Shown: positions 36,329-46,150 of the stretch, piece by piece
Layout of the letters: each line of letters starts with the position of its first letter
Position numbering within the stretch: position 1 is the stretch's first letter
DNA from: an uncultured bacterium
Lineage (GTDB): Bacteria; Zixibacteria; MSB-5A5; UBA10806; 4484-95
Reading direction: 5' to 3'
DNA length: 64,000 nucleotides
Assembly: GCA_965603725.1 (NCBI GenBank)
Contig: CBFDEC010000007.1
Coordinates: 44,273 to 108,272, forward strand
Notes under the pieces: generated by a model
What the model saw: the letters and a program-made list of their open reading frames with translations, nothing else
The model's database searches: none
What the model was told of the DNA's origin: nothing
Position numbers and translations under genes: made by a program

Positions 36329-38770
36329 ATGAAAAGGCAGAATGCGGCGTTATTGATCATTATAATCATATTAATGACCACAATCGCTTTCGCTCAGGAT
36401 CGCCAAGGAGTAAGAGGCCATCGATCGGTAGGAGGTTCAATTACTGGGCATGTATATGATTCGGCTCAAAAAACTCCAATCGAATATGCTACAGTTATTC
36501 TGTTTTCTCAAAATGACAGCACCCAGATAGGCGGAATAAGCACGGACCAGGATGGTGATTTTTCTCTTGATAGAATCAAGCCAGGTCGTTATTATCTGAA
36601 AATTAACTTCCTGGGTTATGAGGCTACTACCATCGACACTATAAGTGTCTCACCGGGAAATAGAGAGATCAATTTAGGGGAAATCTCTTTAACTCAAGCC
36701 GCTCTGGTTGTTGAGGATATCCAAGTAACCGCTGAAAGGCCGACATTTGGATATAAAATCGACCGCAAAGTTATCAATGTCAGCCAACTTCAAACAGCTA
36801 TATCAGGTACCGCTGTGGATATACTGGAAAATGCTCCATCTGTTAGTGTTGATATTGAGGGCAATGTCAAACTGCGGGGTAGTGCCAATTTCACTGTCCT
36901 TATCGATGGCAGGCCCAGTATACTTGACGCTAATGATGCCCTTGAGCAGATACCGGCAAGTACTATTGACAATATCGAAATAATTACTAATCCCTCCGCT
37001 AAATACGATCCCGACGGTACTTCAGGCATTATCAATGTTGTAACAAAGAAAGACGAACTTAAAGGCATAAGCGGTATGATAAATTCTTCGGGTAGTTTCG
37101 ATGATAAATATGGCGGCGATATCCTGTTAAGTTATCGCAACAGTTTCTACAACGCTTTCCTGCGGCTCGATTATAACAAACGGTCGTTCACCGGTTCATC
37201 GATTGAGGAAAATCAAACCGCAATCAACGATACTATCTCATATGCCAATTCAACCGGCAACTCTACACGAGATAGAACAGGTTATGGTATCAGAAGCGGT
37301 ATTAACCTCAATATAACTTCAACTGATAACCTTAGCTTCGGTATTCGTTATGGTGGAAGAGGTGGTAAGAGAGAGTCTGTTCTTGATCACGAAGAATGGC
37401 ATGAAGGCGATCTCCAGCACGAATTATATTCAAGCTGTAATGAATCTGAACAGTCGGGAAATTTCTATGTGTTTAACATGGATTATCTTCATAAGTTCCC
37501 CGGAAAAAACCAAGAGTTGTCAAGTCAGTTTATTTTTAGCCTCAGGGATATGGAGGAGGATCAAATCAGTGAAATCTTCACTAATGGTAGTGTGATATCA
37601 TCGGGGCAACAAACAACAGAGGAAGGACCGTCGAAAAGATGGCGTATAAAGCTGGATTATTTGATGCCGCTGGGGGAGTCTGGAAAATTAGAATCCGGCT
37701 ATCAGAGCAGATTAGGTAGTTCGGAAGATATAACCAAGCAATACGAATACAATGATTCAACCGGCGATTATGAATTCTTTCCTGACTACAGCCATACTAC
37801 GGAATATGTCAGGAATATTCATTCTGTTTACACCATGCTTGGAGGTGAAACAGGTAACTTTGGATACCAAGCTGGAATCAGGGGCGAATATACTTACAGA
37901 GATATCAATATCCTGGATGATAACAAAAGCTTTAATATCGACAGATGGGATTATTTCCCATCTTTTCATGTATCTTATCAACTTAAAAATAATAACCAGG
38001 TAATAGCAAGCTATGCCCGCAAGATTAAGCGTTCCCGGGGATGGTGGTTGGAGCCGTTTGAATTCAGAAGGGATGCTTATAATATTCAAAAAGGTAATCC
38101 TGATCTCAAACCGGAATATATCGATTCCTATGAACTGGGTTACCAGCGAACATTGGGGGAAAATATGTTTTCTGTGGAAGCGTATTACCGGATAACTCAC
38201 AATAAAGTCGAGTTTGTCCGTTCGGTTTATGATGAAAACATTACCTTAAACACGGTTGAAAATGTCGGCGCCGATTATTCTCTAGGTACAGAGATCATGG
38301 TAAACCTTTTGCCGTTTCGATTCTGGGATATAAATCTTATTGGAGATCTATATCACTACCGTGTGGAGGGTGAACTTTATGGCGAAGATTTTTCAACTGA
38401 TAATAATACCTGGCAAATGCGAATCAATAATACCTGGACTATCGGCCGCAAAACACGATTGCAGACAAACAGCAGATATAACGGCAAATCTATTTCGGCT
38501 CAGGGGACTCGTGGGGGTTATTTTAGTATGAATGCGGCTGTTAAATATGATTTGATCTATCGAGCTCTTACAGCCACGCTTCTGGTTAACGATATTTTCG
38601 GCACCACTAAACGGGAAAATACCACCGAAGGTGATAATTTTATCAGATATTCATCGTTTGTACGGGATTCACCGATTGTGATGTTTAATTTAAGTTACAC
38701 ATTCAACAATTTCAAAGCAGAACGCGACCAGGATCGTGACGGTGAAGATTACGGCGAAGATGATTTTTAA
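36329..38770 (+). CDS. outer-membrane beta-barrel protein with an N-terminal CarboxypepD_reg-like domain (TonB-dependent receptor-like)
   Basis: Signal peptide. GSITGHVYDS..YATVILF (carboxypeptidase regulatory-like fold). Long alternating beta-strand region. C-terminal aromatic residue (DDF). The track start at 36293 is probably too early; MKRQNAALL at 36329 is preferred. Confidence 0.6.
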   Translation: MKRQNAALLIIIIILMTTIAFAQDRQGVRGHRSVGGSITGHVYDSAQKTPIEYATVILFSQNDSTQIGGISTDQDGDFSLDRIKPGRYYLKINFLGYEATTIDTISVSPGNREINLGEISLTQAALVVEDIQVTAERPTFGYKIDRKVINVSQLQTAISGTAVDILENAPSVSVDIEGNVKLRGSANFTVLIDGRPSILDANDALEQIPASTIDNIEIITNPSAKYDPDGTSGIINVVTKKDELKGISGMINSSGSFDDKYGGDILLSYRNSFYNAFLRLDYNKRSFTGSSIEENQTAINDTISYANSTGNSTRDRTGYGIRSGINLNITSTDNLSFGIRYGGRGGKRESVLDHEEWHEGDLQHELYSSCNESEQSGNFYVFNMDYLHKFPGKNQELSSQFIFSLRDMEEDQISEIFTNGSVISSGQQTTEEGPSKRWRIKLDYLMPLGESGKLESGYQSRLGSSEDITKQYEYNDSTGDYEFFPDYSHTTEYVRNIHSVYTMLGGETGNFGYQAGIRGEYTYRDINILDDNKSFNIDRWDYFPSFHVSYQLKNNNQVIASYARKIKRSRGWWLEPFEFRRDAYNIQKGNPDLKPEYIDSYELGYQRTLGENMFSVEAYYRITHNKVEFVRSVYDENITLNTVENVGADYSLGTEIMVNLLPFRFWDINLIGDLYHYRVEGELYGEDFSTDNNTWQMRINNTWTIGRKTRLQTNSRYNGKSISAQGTRGGYFSMNAAVKYDLIYRALTATLLVNDIFGTTKRENTTEGDNFIRYSSFVRDSPIVMFNLSYTFNNFKAERDQDRDGEDYGEDDF

Positions 38771-38983
38771 CAACTAAAACGGCCCCGACCTCACTCTCAG
38801 CCGCCAAGGTCCTACGGACAAACTTTTGTGATTTTTGAATTCGCAATTTCCACAAACCTTAAAAATGTCGACGGAACTCGTTGGAAAACAATTGTATAGG
38901 GGACTGCTCACTCCTTGTCAGGCGGGCTATTGCGGTTCCAGACTTCCCTGCCTGATTTTGGATCACCGGACACTACTGGGCAT

Positions 38984-39091
38984 TTATTTTTTCTTCTTCT
39001 CTTCTTTTAATCTTCGTTTTTCCTTTGGGCTGCGCTGGGCTTTTTTCTGTTGTTCCCTTTTGCCTTTATCTTTTTTCCCCTTATCACCCAT
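38984..39091 (-). CDS. candidate micro-ORF encoding a 35-aa Lys-rich basic peptide (MGDKGKKDKGKREQQKKAQRSPKEKRRLKEEKKKK)
   Basis: AAGGAG 8 nt upstream of the ATG. It is antisense to a low-complexity 105-aa track ORF that is probably spurious. Confidence 0.25.
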   Translation of the reverse strand: MGDKGKKDKGKREQQKKAQRSPKEKRRLKEEKKKK

Positions 39092-39422
39092 TTTCGTTTC
39101 TCCTTGTTTGAAAATGACCTGTATTTCTCAAGCTGTCCACGATATCCGATAAACAGCCATAACGCCGACGACAAGAATCAGGCACATGACAAGTGTACGT
39201 TTTCAAATGAATTCTGACAAGTAGTATTTTAAATTACGAAACACAATTTTCAAAGCTATAAAACCTCAAACAAACTTGACTTCAGCTAATGCAGGATTAA
39301 GTTAAGATGAGGTGTAATCATTGGGGGCATATCATCAATACCGTTTCTATTGAAACAAACGTTATTTTGATATAAAAATACGTAGGCTATAAACACTCTA
39401 CATTCATTCAAGGAGGATTTCA

Positions 39423-39539
39423 ATGCCAGCAAAGAAAAAAATCAGGTGCGGCGGTAAGACCAAAGATGGCAAGAGATGCAAACGCATGGCAACACCGCCA
39501 GCAAAATTCTGCTCAAGCCACATATGGTTCAATGGATGA
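39423..39539 (+). CDS. candidate micro-ORF encoding a 38-aa basic Cys3His peptide (MPAKKKIRCGGKTKDGKRCKRMATPPAKFCSSHIWFNG), a possible mini zinc ribbon
   Basis: Perfect AAGGAGG RBS 6 nt upstream of the ATG. It lies 120 nt upstream of the SWIM zinc-finger gene. Confidence 0.3.
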   Translation: MPAKKKIRCGGKTKDGKRCKRMATPPAKFCSSHIWFNG

Positions 39540-39660
39540 GAATATTCCTTACCTGGCAAAGTGTCCCTTCTGTTTTTCAGGACAATTTAACATTAAACTT
39601 GACCCGGTATCGCAACTTAATATATTCATGTAAACGCTTAAGATATAGGCTGAATTGCAA

Positions 39661-41292
39661 ATGGCGAACTTATCGGAAAGATTAATTCAAAAACTCTGCA
39701 ACCCGAAATCTTATGAACGGGGTGAAAAATATTATCAGCAGGGTCGGGTTACCGATTACATTGACAGGGACAACGAGCTTAAGGCGACAGTTGTCGGTAC
39801 CGGACATTATCAGGTGGAAATTAATCTTTCCAACCTTGATATGTTTTGTGATTGTCCTGCTTTCGGAAGGATAGGAGTCTGCAAGCATCTGGTGGCGGTG
39901 ATGCTTACAAAACTACATGGCGAGATAAAACCCGCCAAACCGCCCAAAATCAAGCACAGCGGGCAGACTGTTATTGAAAAAACAGATTTTGATTTGAAAC
40001 CCGCTCTTAAATCACTTTCAAAGGCCGAGATGGCGGAACACATCCAGCACCTGGCGTCTGAGCTGCCGCAGGTCTGCAGGTATTTTGTTAACCTTACAGC
40101 TCCCAGGGATAAGGCGTTTTACAAAGCTGTTGAAAAGCGTATCAGGCAGAAGATAAATTCCATAAACCGCAGAGTCCTGTATGATTCTTACTGGCACAGG
40201 CAGCGTGATGCCGTGGATGCAGTCCGTTCAGAGATAAGCCTTCTGCCTTTTACTAAAAGTACTGCAGAGTTTCTACTTCGGCAGGGCTATTGGATTACCG
40301 AAAAAATGACAGAGATTGACGATTCCAACGGTGTTCTTAACGAGCTAATATCGGAAATAATCGAAAAATCAGTGAGTATCCTGGATAAACTGGGGACGGA
40401 GGCGCTGGATATTTTCTATGAATACACGGGGAAGGAATCCTCATTTGACTATCATATTGGTATTGTTGATACAATTCTGGGTATTGCGGATGACCCTCAC
40501 ATACTGGAAGAGATTACAACAAAACTGGAAAGAACTCAGTTTAAAGAGGATAACGATTTTGGTTTTGAAAGGAGTTACGGCCTTCATTCGCTGATGTCAT
40601 TTTACCTGGTTCATAATCCGTCAAAATATGAGGATTTGGCCATGGATCTAATGGAAAATGACTTTATGGTAAAGCTCAATTTCATTGAATTTCTCTCACG
40701 AAATAAAAGGCATGAGGAGGTCCTAAAATACGGCTGGGATATGCGGGATCATTTTGATATCAACGAACTAATTGAAAAGGCGTTATTGGAATTAAACGAA
40801 ACCGATAAGCTGATAGAGTTCTACAAAGAAAGCATCCTGGATAAATTTGATAAAGAGCAGCTGAAACGTTTTCGCCAGGCAATCGGCGAATCAAAAAAAT
40901 CGGTTTGGGATGAGTTTATAGATGCGCTTTTAAACAGCAAGCTTCATCTGTTTGATCGCCTCAGATTGCTCGTGTTTCTTCAGCGATACGATGATTTCTA
41001 CAAGCTGTTGTGTCCGCCAACCCAACATGGGCATATTTTCTATAAAGAGATGGTAGAGGATTACGCGGTAAAATTCACCATTATTCATCCTGAAACTTCA
41101 GTCAAGCTGTATCGCTACCTGCTTGAGGCTGAAATAGATAAAATGAAAACCTCAAATCACTACAAACATTTTGCCCTATATTACCGCGAGCTGAAAGAAC
41201 TGGGCGATACAGATTACTTAAGCAAAACAAAGCAGACACTTAAAAGCAAGCACCCAACCAAGAAAAAGCTGATGAAAATGCTTGGCTGGTGA
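39661..41292 (+). CDS. SWIM zinc-finger domain protein with a long all-alpha C-terminal region, function unknown
   Basis: CDCPAFGRIGVCKHLVAVML fits the SWIM CxCx(n)CxH signature. ATG at 39661; the track start at 39655 is TTG. Confidence 0.6.
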   Translation: MANLSERLIQKLCNPKSYERGEKYYQQGRVTDYIDRDNELKATVVGTGHYQVEINLSNLDMFCDCPAFGRIGVCKHLVAVMLTKLHGEIKPAKPPKIKHSGQTVIEKTDFDLKPALKSLSKAEMAEHIQHLASELPQVCRYFVNLTAPRDKAFYKAVEKRIRQKINSINRRVLYDSYWHRQRDAVDAVRSEISLLPFTKSTAEFLLRQGYWITEKMTEIDDSNGVLNELISEIIEKSVSILDKLGTEALDIFYEYTGKESSFDYHIGIVDTILGIADDPHILEEITTKLERTQFKEDNDFGFERSYGLHSLMSFYLVHNPSKYEDLAMDLMENDFMVKLNFIEFLSRNKRHEEVLKYGWDMRDHFDINELIEKALLELNETDKLIEFYKESILDKFDKEQLKRFRQAIGESKKSVWDEFIDALLNSKLHLFDRLRLLVFLQRYDDFYKLLCPPTQHGHIFYKEMVEDYAVKFTIIHPETSVKLYRYLLEAEIDKMKTSNHYKHFALYYRELKELGDTDYLSKTKQTLKSKHPTKKKLMKMLGW

Positions 41293-41430
41293 GATGTGAT
41301 TTGGTAGGATAATATACTTGTTAGTCGTTGTTTCAATCTCTCAAAACATCAAATCATATAAGCGTATCTTATTATAACAACTTAGTGCTGTAATTTATTC
41401 ATGCAGGAAAGACATTTGCCGACATAATAA

Positions 41431-41452
41431 ATATCTTGTAATCACAAGATAT
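41431..41452. promoter_or_regulatory. 9-bp perfect inverted repeat atatcttgt-aatc-acaagatat upstream of the ACP/adenylase cluster (operator-like)
   Basis: Read directly, about 80 nt upstream of the ACP start. Confidence 0.3.
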
Positions 41453-41534
41453 ATCCTTTAATTTTGTGTTAGGTGCATCTTGACTTGTGCGATGCTGGAT
41501 CAATTTTGTGAATCAATGAGAGGACTGACAGAAT

Positions 41535-41771
41535 ATGGCTGTTCGTAAAGAAGTTGAAAAGTATATTACAAAATTGACAAATGGGCACGAAATAGATCAT
41601 TCTCTGAATCTGTTTGAAAGCGGTTTTTTATCCTCCCTGGATGTTTTAGACCTTCTTTCGTTTATTGAGAACACCTATAATATCACCGTTTCGGATGACG
41701 ATCTCGGGATAGAAAATTTTGGTTCGATTGACAGCATGGTAAAATATATTGAAAAGGCGAAACAAGAGTAA
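41535..41771 (+). CDS. acyl carrier protein-like (phosphopantetheine-binding)
   Basis: 78 aa, acidic. ESGFLSSLDVLDLLSFIE resembles a PP-attachment site. Confidence 0.6.
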   Translation: MAVRKEVEKYITKLTNGHEIDHSLNLFESGFLSSLDVLDLLSFIENTYNITVSDDDLGIENFGSIDSMVKYIEKAKQE

Positions 41772-41782
41772 CGAAGCCTTTT

Positions 41783-43309
41783 ATGCCAATGATTCATGAA
41801 ATACTAACCAAGTCATCAGCAGATTTTCCCCAAAAAGAAGCAATTGTCTGTGGAGACAACCGAATATCCTATAAAGAACTAAATAAGGCATCAACCATAT
41901 TGGCAAATTTCTTGCGGTCTCATGGAGTAAGCTACCAAGACAGGGTTGGCATCTTCACGAATAAGAATATCGAAGAGACAATTGCCATTTTCGCCATCCT
42001 GAAAATGGGCGGGATATTCGTCCATATAAATCCTCAGCTTAAGGAAAGCCAACTGTCTCATGTGATTTCAGATTGTGATATTAAGGCGCTTTTTGTAAAT
42101 GACTATAAATCGACGGTCCTTAATAAAGCATACCCGGAAGTAAGTCCAATAGACCTGGTTATTTCATTATCATCAAAGCTGAATCTGAATAAAGATGTCT
42201 TTAAGAATATTCGTAATCTCGATGATATTCTTAAAGAACCATCACCCGATAAAATATCCAGCGATAAGCAAAGTGAAGACGACATAGCCTCGATTATTTA
42301 CACATCAGGCTCAACAGGAATGCCGAAAGGCGTCATTGTTACTCATAAGATACTTCATGACTCTACAGTAATCTCTGCCTCTATACTTGAAAATAATCAC
42401 GATGACCGTTTAATATGTGTTACTCCGTTTTCTTTCGATGGCGCGCTGAGTCAGCTTTTCACATCCTGCTATGTTGGCGGAACACTTGTCCAACAGCAGT
42501 CGAATTTCCCCAAAGATATTGTAAATACGATGTTAAATGAAAAAATAACCGGCTTCCATGCGATGCCGTCACTCTGGAGCATACTTCTTCAAAAGCATTC
42601 GCCGTTTGCAAAATATGATTATCCCGATCTCAGGTATATCTCGATTATTGGCGAGGTGTTCCCTCAGAATCATCTGGATAACTTAAGGATGATACTGAAT
42701 AAGACAAAGTTCTACATGATGTATGGCACAACTGAAGCTTTCCGGTCTACTTATCTTCCCCCGGAGGATTTTGAGAGAAAGAAATCATCTGCAGGGATAC
42801 CGTTCCCGGGCGTGGATATATCGATAGTTGATGAGCAAAACAACATCTGCCAGCCGGGCGAAACCGGAGAAATCATCCATAAAGGGGTGTTCGTATCGCC
42901 GGGATACTGGAATGACAGCGATAAAACCGCTGAAACGTTCAAGGATGGATCCCTTTATACTGGCGACCTGGGGAAATTGGACCAAGGTGGTTATCTCTAT
43001 TTCATGGGACGCAAGGACAGCATGATAAAAACCCAGGGATTTCGTGTTAGCCCCGAGGAAATAGAAGAGTGCATATTCAAGGTCGATGGTGTAAAAGAGG
43101 TCGCGGTTATTGGCGTATCGGGTAATGAAACAGGTGTCAGGATAAAAGCAATAATTGTCTGCAAAGAGGGATACATTTTGACAGATAAAGATATAATAAG
43201 CCATTGCCGGAACAGGCTTCCCAATTATATGGTACCCGGCATCGTAGAATTTCGCAGTGATCTGCCTCGTACTGCAACGAATAAAATCAATAGATCTGAA
43301 CTGTGCTGA
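41783..43309 (+). CDS. AMP-dependent synthetase/ligase (adenylate-forming enzyme; acyl- or aminoacyl-carrier-protein ligase)
   Basis: IYTSGSTGMPKGV (A3), YGTTE (A5), GDLG (A7) and GRKD motifs. Confidence 0.8.
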   Translation: MPMIHEILTKSSADFPQKEAIVCGDNRISYKELNKASTILANFLRSHGVSYQDRVGIFTNKNIEETIAIFAILKMGGIFVHINPQLKESQLSHVISDCDIKALFVNDYKSTVLNKAYPEVSPIDLVISLSSKLNLNKDVFKNIRNLDDILKEPSPDKISSDKQSEDDIASIIYTSGSTGMPKGVIVTHKILHDSTVISASILENNHDDRLICVTPFSFDGALSQLFTSCYVGGTLVQQQSNFPKDIVNTMLNEKITGFHAMPSLWSILLQKHSPFAKYDYPDLRYISIIGEVFPQNHLDNLRMILNKTKFYMMYGTTEAFRSTYLPPEDFERKKSSAGIPFPGVDISIVDEQNNICQPGETGEIIHKGVFVSPGYWNDSDKTAETFKDGSLYTGDLGKLDQGGYLYFMGRKDSMIKTQGFRVSPEEIEECIFKVDGVKEVAVIGVSGNETGVRIKAIIVCKEGYILTDKDIISHCRNRLPNYMVPGIVEFRSDLPRTATNKINRSELC

Positions 43310-43337
43310 TATGATAAATATACGGTGAGTTAATAAT

Positions 43338-44339
43338 ATGATACGATGTGTAAAATGCATACTTCCGGAATCTTTTCCCGGTATCACATTCGATTCCGAG
43401 GGAATTTGTTCGGTATGCACAATATTTAACGAGCAAAAACAGCATATCCCATCGCTTGAGAAACTAAAAACGAAGTTCGATCAGCTTGTTAGTGAAAACA
43501 AATCTGATGATTCAAAATACAATGCCCTGGTCGCTTTCAGCGGTGGTAAGGACAGCACCTATCTTGTTTACAAACTAAAAGAAACATACGGGTTAAATAT
43601 ACTGGCTTTCACATTCGACAATGGATTCATATCGGAATCTACATTTACCAATATGAGAACAGTTATGGAAAGGCTGGCTGTAGATCATATTATATTTAAG
43701 CCCAGGCATGATCTTATCAAGAGAATATTTTCCACCAGCGCCAGCGATGATATATACCCGACCTCGCTGTTAAAATTTGGCAGCTCAATTTGTATTTCAT
43801 GTATAAGAATGGTAAATAACCTGTCATTGAAAACCGCCATCGAAAAGAATATCCCTATGGTGATGCTGGGAAACAGTCCTGGGCAGTTGATTCAATCTGA
43901 AAATGAGATTATTTACCAGGATAACCGTATTCCCTATGAATTAAAGAAAGGACTCTTTAAGCCGTTGGCTGATAAAGTCGGTGATGAGGTTTATCAATAT
44001 CTACTGCTGGATAAAAAGGATTATCAAACTAAACCGTTCCCCCATACAATAAATCCGTTTCCGATAATCGGTTATGATGAAACCGCAATCTATAAAACTA
44101 TTTCGGAACTCGGTTGGCGAAGGCCCGAGGATGTCGATCCGAATTCCTCGAACTGTCAGCTAAACTCCCTTGGCATTGTTAAGCATAAAGAGAAACTGAA
44201 TTTCCATCCCTATGATTATGAAATGAGCATGCTAGTCCGCCTTGGCAAGATAAGCCGCGAGGAGGCCTTAAGAAGGGTCGAAGATCCTGATAACATAACA
44301 CCCGGACTTGCTGAGAAGGTTGAAAAGAAGCTGAAATAG
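43338..44339 (+). CDS. N-acetyl sugar amidotransferase-like PP-loop ATPase (WbpG/PseA-like) with an N-terminal CxxC..CxxC zinc ribbon
   Basis: CVKCILPE..CSVCT, and the PP-loop AFSGGKDSTY. Confidence 0.6.
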   Translation: MIRCVKCILPESFPGITFDSEGICSVCTIFNEQKQHIPSLEKLKTKFDQLVSENKSDDSKYNALVAFSGGKDSTYLVYKLKETYGLNILAFTFDNGFISESTFTNMRTVMERLAVDHIIFKPRHDLIKRIFSTSASDDIYPTSLLKFGSSICISCIRMVNNLSLKTAIEKNIPMVMLGNSPGQLIQSENEIIYQDNRIPYELKKGLFKPLADKVGDEVYQYLLLDKKDYQTKPFPHTINPFPIIGYDETAIYKTISELGWRRPEDVDPNSSNCQLNSLGIVKHKEKLNFHPYDYEMSMLVRLGKISREEALRRVEDPDNITPGLAEKVEKKLK

Positions 44340-44370
44340 AGTAATTACAGAACTATGAGCATATAAAACT

Positions 44371-46146
44371 ATGTGTGGAATCTGCGGCATATACAATTTT
44401 AATAAGGATAGGCCTGTATCTGAGAACACCCTGAACATCATGAATGATTCCATAGCCCACCGGGGTCCGGATGACAGCGGCATCTATACTGACAAGTTTA
44501 TCGGTTTCGGTCATAGAAGGCTGCCCATTATTGATATCAAAAGCGGCCAACAGCCTATGAGCAACGAGGATAATACCATATGGGTTACCTATAACGGCGA
44601 GATATATAATTACAGGGAACTGAAAAAACATCTGATAAACAAAGGGCATGTATTCAAAACAAACTGCGATACTGAGGTCATTGTTCATGCTTATGAGCAG
44701 TATGGAACTGATTGCGTACTGCATTTCAACGGCATGTTTGCCTTCGCTGTCTGGGACAGCAAAAACGAAACGCTGTTTTTAGCCCGGGACAGGCTTGGTA
44801 TTAAGCCGCTTTATTATACTATCTCTGATGGCAATTTTGTCTTTGCCTCGGAGATAAAGGCGCTTCTGAAGCATCCATTAATAAAAGCTGAGGTTGAGAT
44901 AAATTCAATCCTCGAATACCTGTTTTGCACATCGCTTTTAAAAAGTAATACCATGTTTAAAAATATCAATTCCTTGCCAGCGGGGCATATTGCGGTTTTT
45001 AAAAATGGTACACACAAAGTTGCAGAATACTGGGATATCAAATCAAAAAATGTTCAAGACGATGAGTTCTCTTTTGATCAGTATAAGGAGCAAATATCAT
45101 TTCTTCTTGATGATTCAGTCCGGATGAGGTTGATGAGCGATGTTCCTTTCGGTTCTTTACTAAGCGGCGGGCTGGATTCAAGCCTTATCTCTGCGCTGGC
45201 GACAAAACATGCGAGCCAGAAATTAAAAACTTTCTCAATGGAATATTCAAAGAATATAGAGTTGGGACAGGCAGACTCAGATACAAAGTATGCAAACCTG
45301 ATGGCTGATGCTTTTCATACAGACCATAAGGAGTTCATCTTTGAACCTGAGGAGTATTACAGCTTTCATGAAAAAGTCACCTGGCATATGGAAAAACCGG
45401 TGGAGCTGACTACACCATCACTGTATCTTCTGCATAAGAATCTAAAGAAATATGTTACCGTGGTATTATCGGGCGAGGGGTCTGATGAACTATTCGGCGG
45501 GTATTTCTTCTTTCTTCAGGAGGTTCAGAGTAATCGGTTGAAAGAATTTCCATGGGCGCCTTATTTTGATGAGGTCTCCATGCTGTTAAATGATGATATT
45601 GCAAGGGAAACGAAGTTTAGAGATAGTGTAAAATCCACACTTCACGATCTATTAAATAAATTTGAAACGGATGATTTTTTAAATAAGGTGTTGTACCTGT
45701 TTATTAAGATATACCTGCTTGAAATGCTTGAACGTCAGGACAAAACCAGCATGGCCTGGGGAGTCGAAACAAGAGTGCCGTTTCTTGACCATCGCTTAGT
45801 GGAGCATATCGTGAATATCCCGTCAAAATATAAAATCAAGGACGATTCTGAAAAATATATACTCAAAGAAAGCTTCAGGGATTTTATACCAACCGATATT
45901 CTAAACAGGAAGAAGAAACCGTTCCCGTTTCCAGTCGATCTAAAGTCTGTCATCAGCCAGAGAAACACCGCCAACGACCTTGTGCAATCGGGAAATTCCA
46001 GGATAGCGGGATATTTTAATAAAACGGAAACCGATGATTTTTTCCATAAAAGGAATAAATTTAAAAATATTGACAATCTCGCCATTTTTAGAACATCTTA
46101 TGCAATGATTGCGTTGGAATTATGGCATAAAGCGTTTGGGATTTAA
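44371..46146 (+). CDS. asparagine synthase (glutamine-hydrolysing) family amidotransferase
   Basis: MCGICGI Ntn nucleophile Cys2. SGGLDSS PP-loop. Confidence 0.8.
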   Translation: MCGICGIYNFNKDRPVSENTLNIMNDSIAHRGPDDSGIYTDKFIGFGHRRLPIIDIKSGQQPMSNEDNTIWVTYNGEIYNYRELKKHLINKGHVFKTNCDTEVIVHAYEQYGTDCVLHFNGMFAFAVWDSKNETLFLARDRLGIKPLYYTISDGNFVFASEIKALLKHPLIKAEVEINSILEYLFCTSLLKSNTMFKNINSLPAGHIAVFKNGTHKVAEYWDIKSKNVQDDEFSFDQYKEQISFLLDDSVRMRLMSDVPFGSLLSGGLDSSLISALATKHASQKLKTFSMEYSKNIELGQADSDTKYANLMADAFHTDHKEFIFEPEEYYSFHEKVTWHMEKPVELTTPSLYLLHKNLKKYVTVVLSGEGSDELFGGYFFFLQEVQSNRLKEFPWAPYFDEVSMLLNDDIARETKFRDSVKSTLHDLLNKFETDDFLNKVLYLFIKIYLLEMLERQDKTSMAWGVETRVPFLDHRLVEHIVNIPSKYKIKDDSEKYILKESFRDFIPTDILNRKKKPFPFPVDLKSVISQRNTANDLVQSGNSRIAGYFNKTETDDFFHKRNKFKNIDNLAIFRTSYAMIALELWHKAFGI

Positions 46147-46150
46147 CCTG

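Noticed and set aside
38835-39152. 105-aa plus-strand ORF in the TonB-like/SWIM spacer
   Set aside because: It is Phe/Leu/Ser low-complexity translation of a T/C-rich strand with no RBS. The antisense 35-aa Lys-rich ORF, which has a strong RBS, is the more plausible coding reading.
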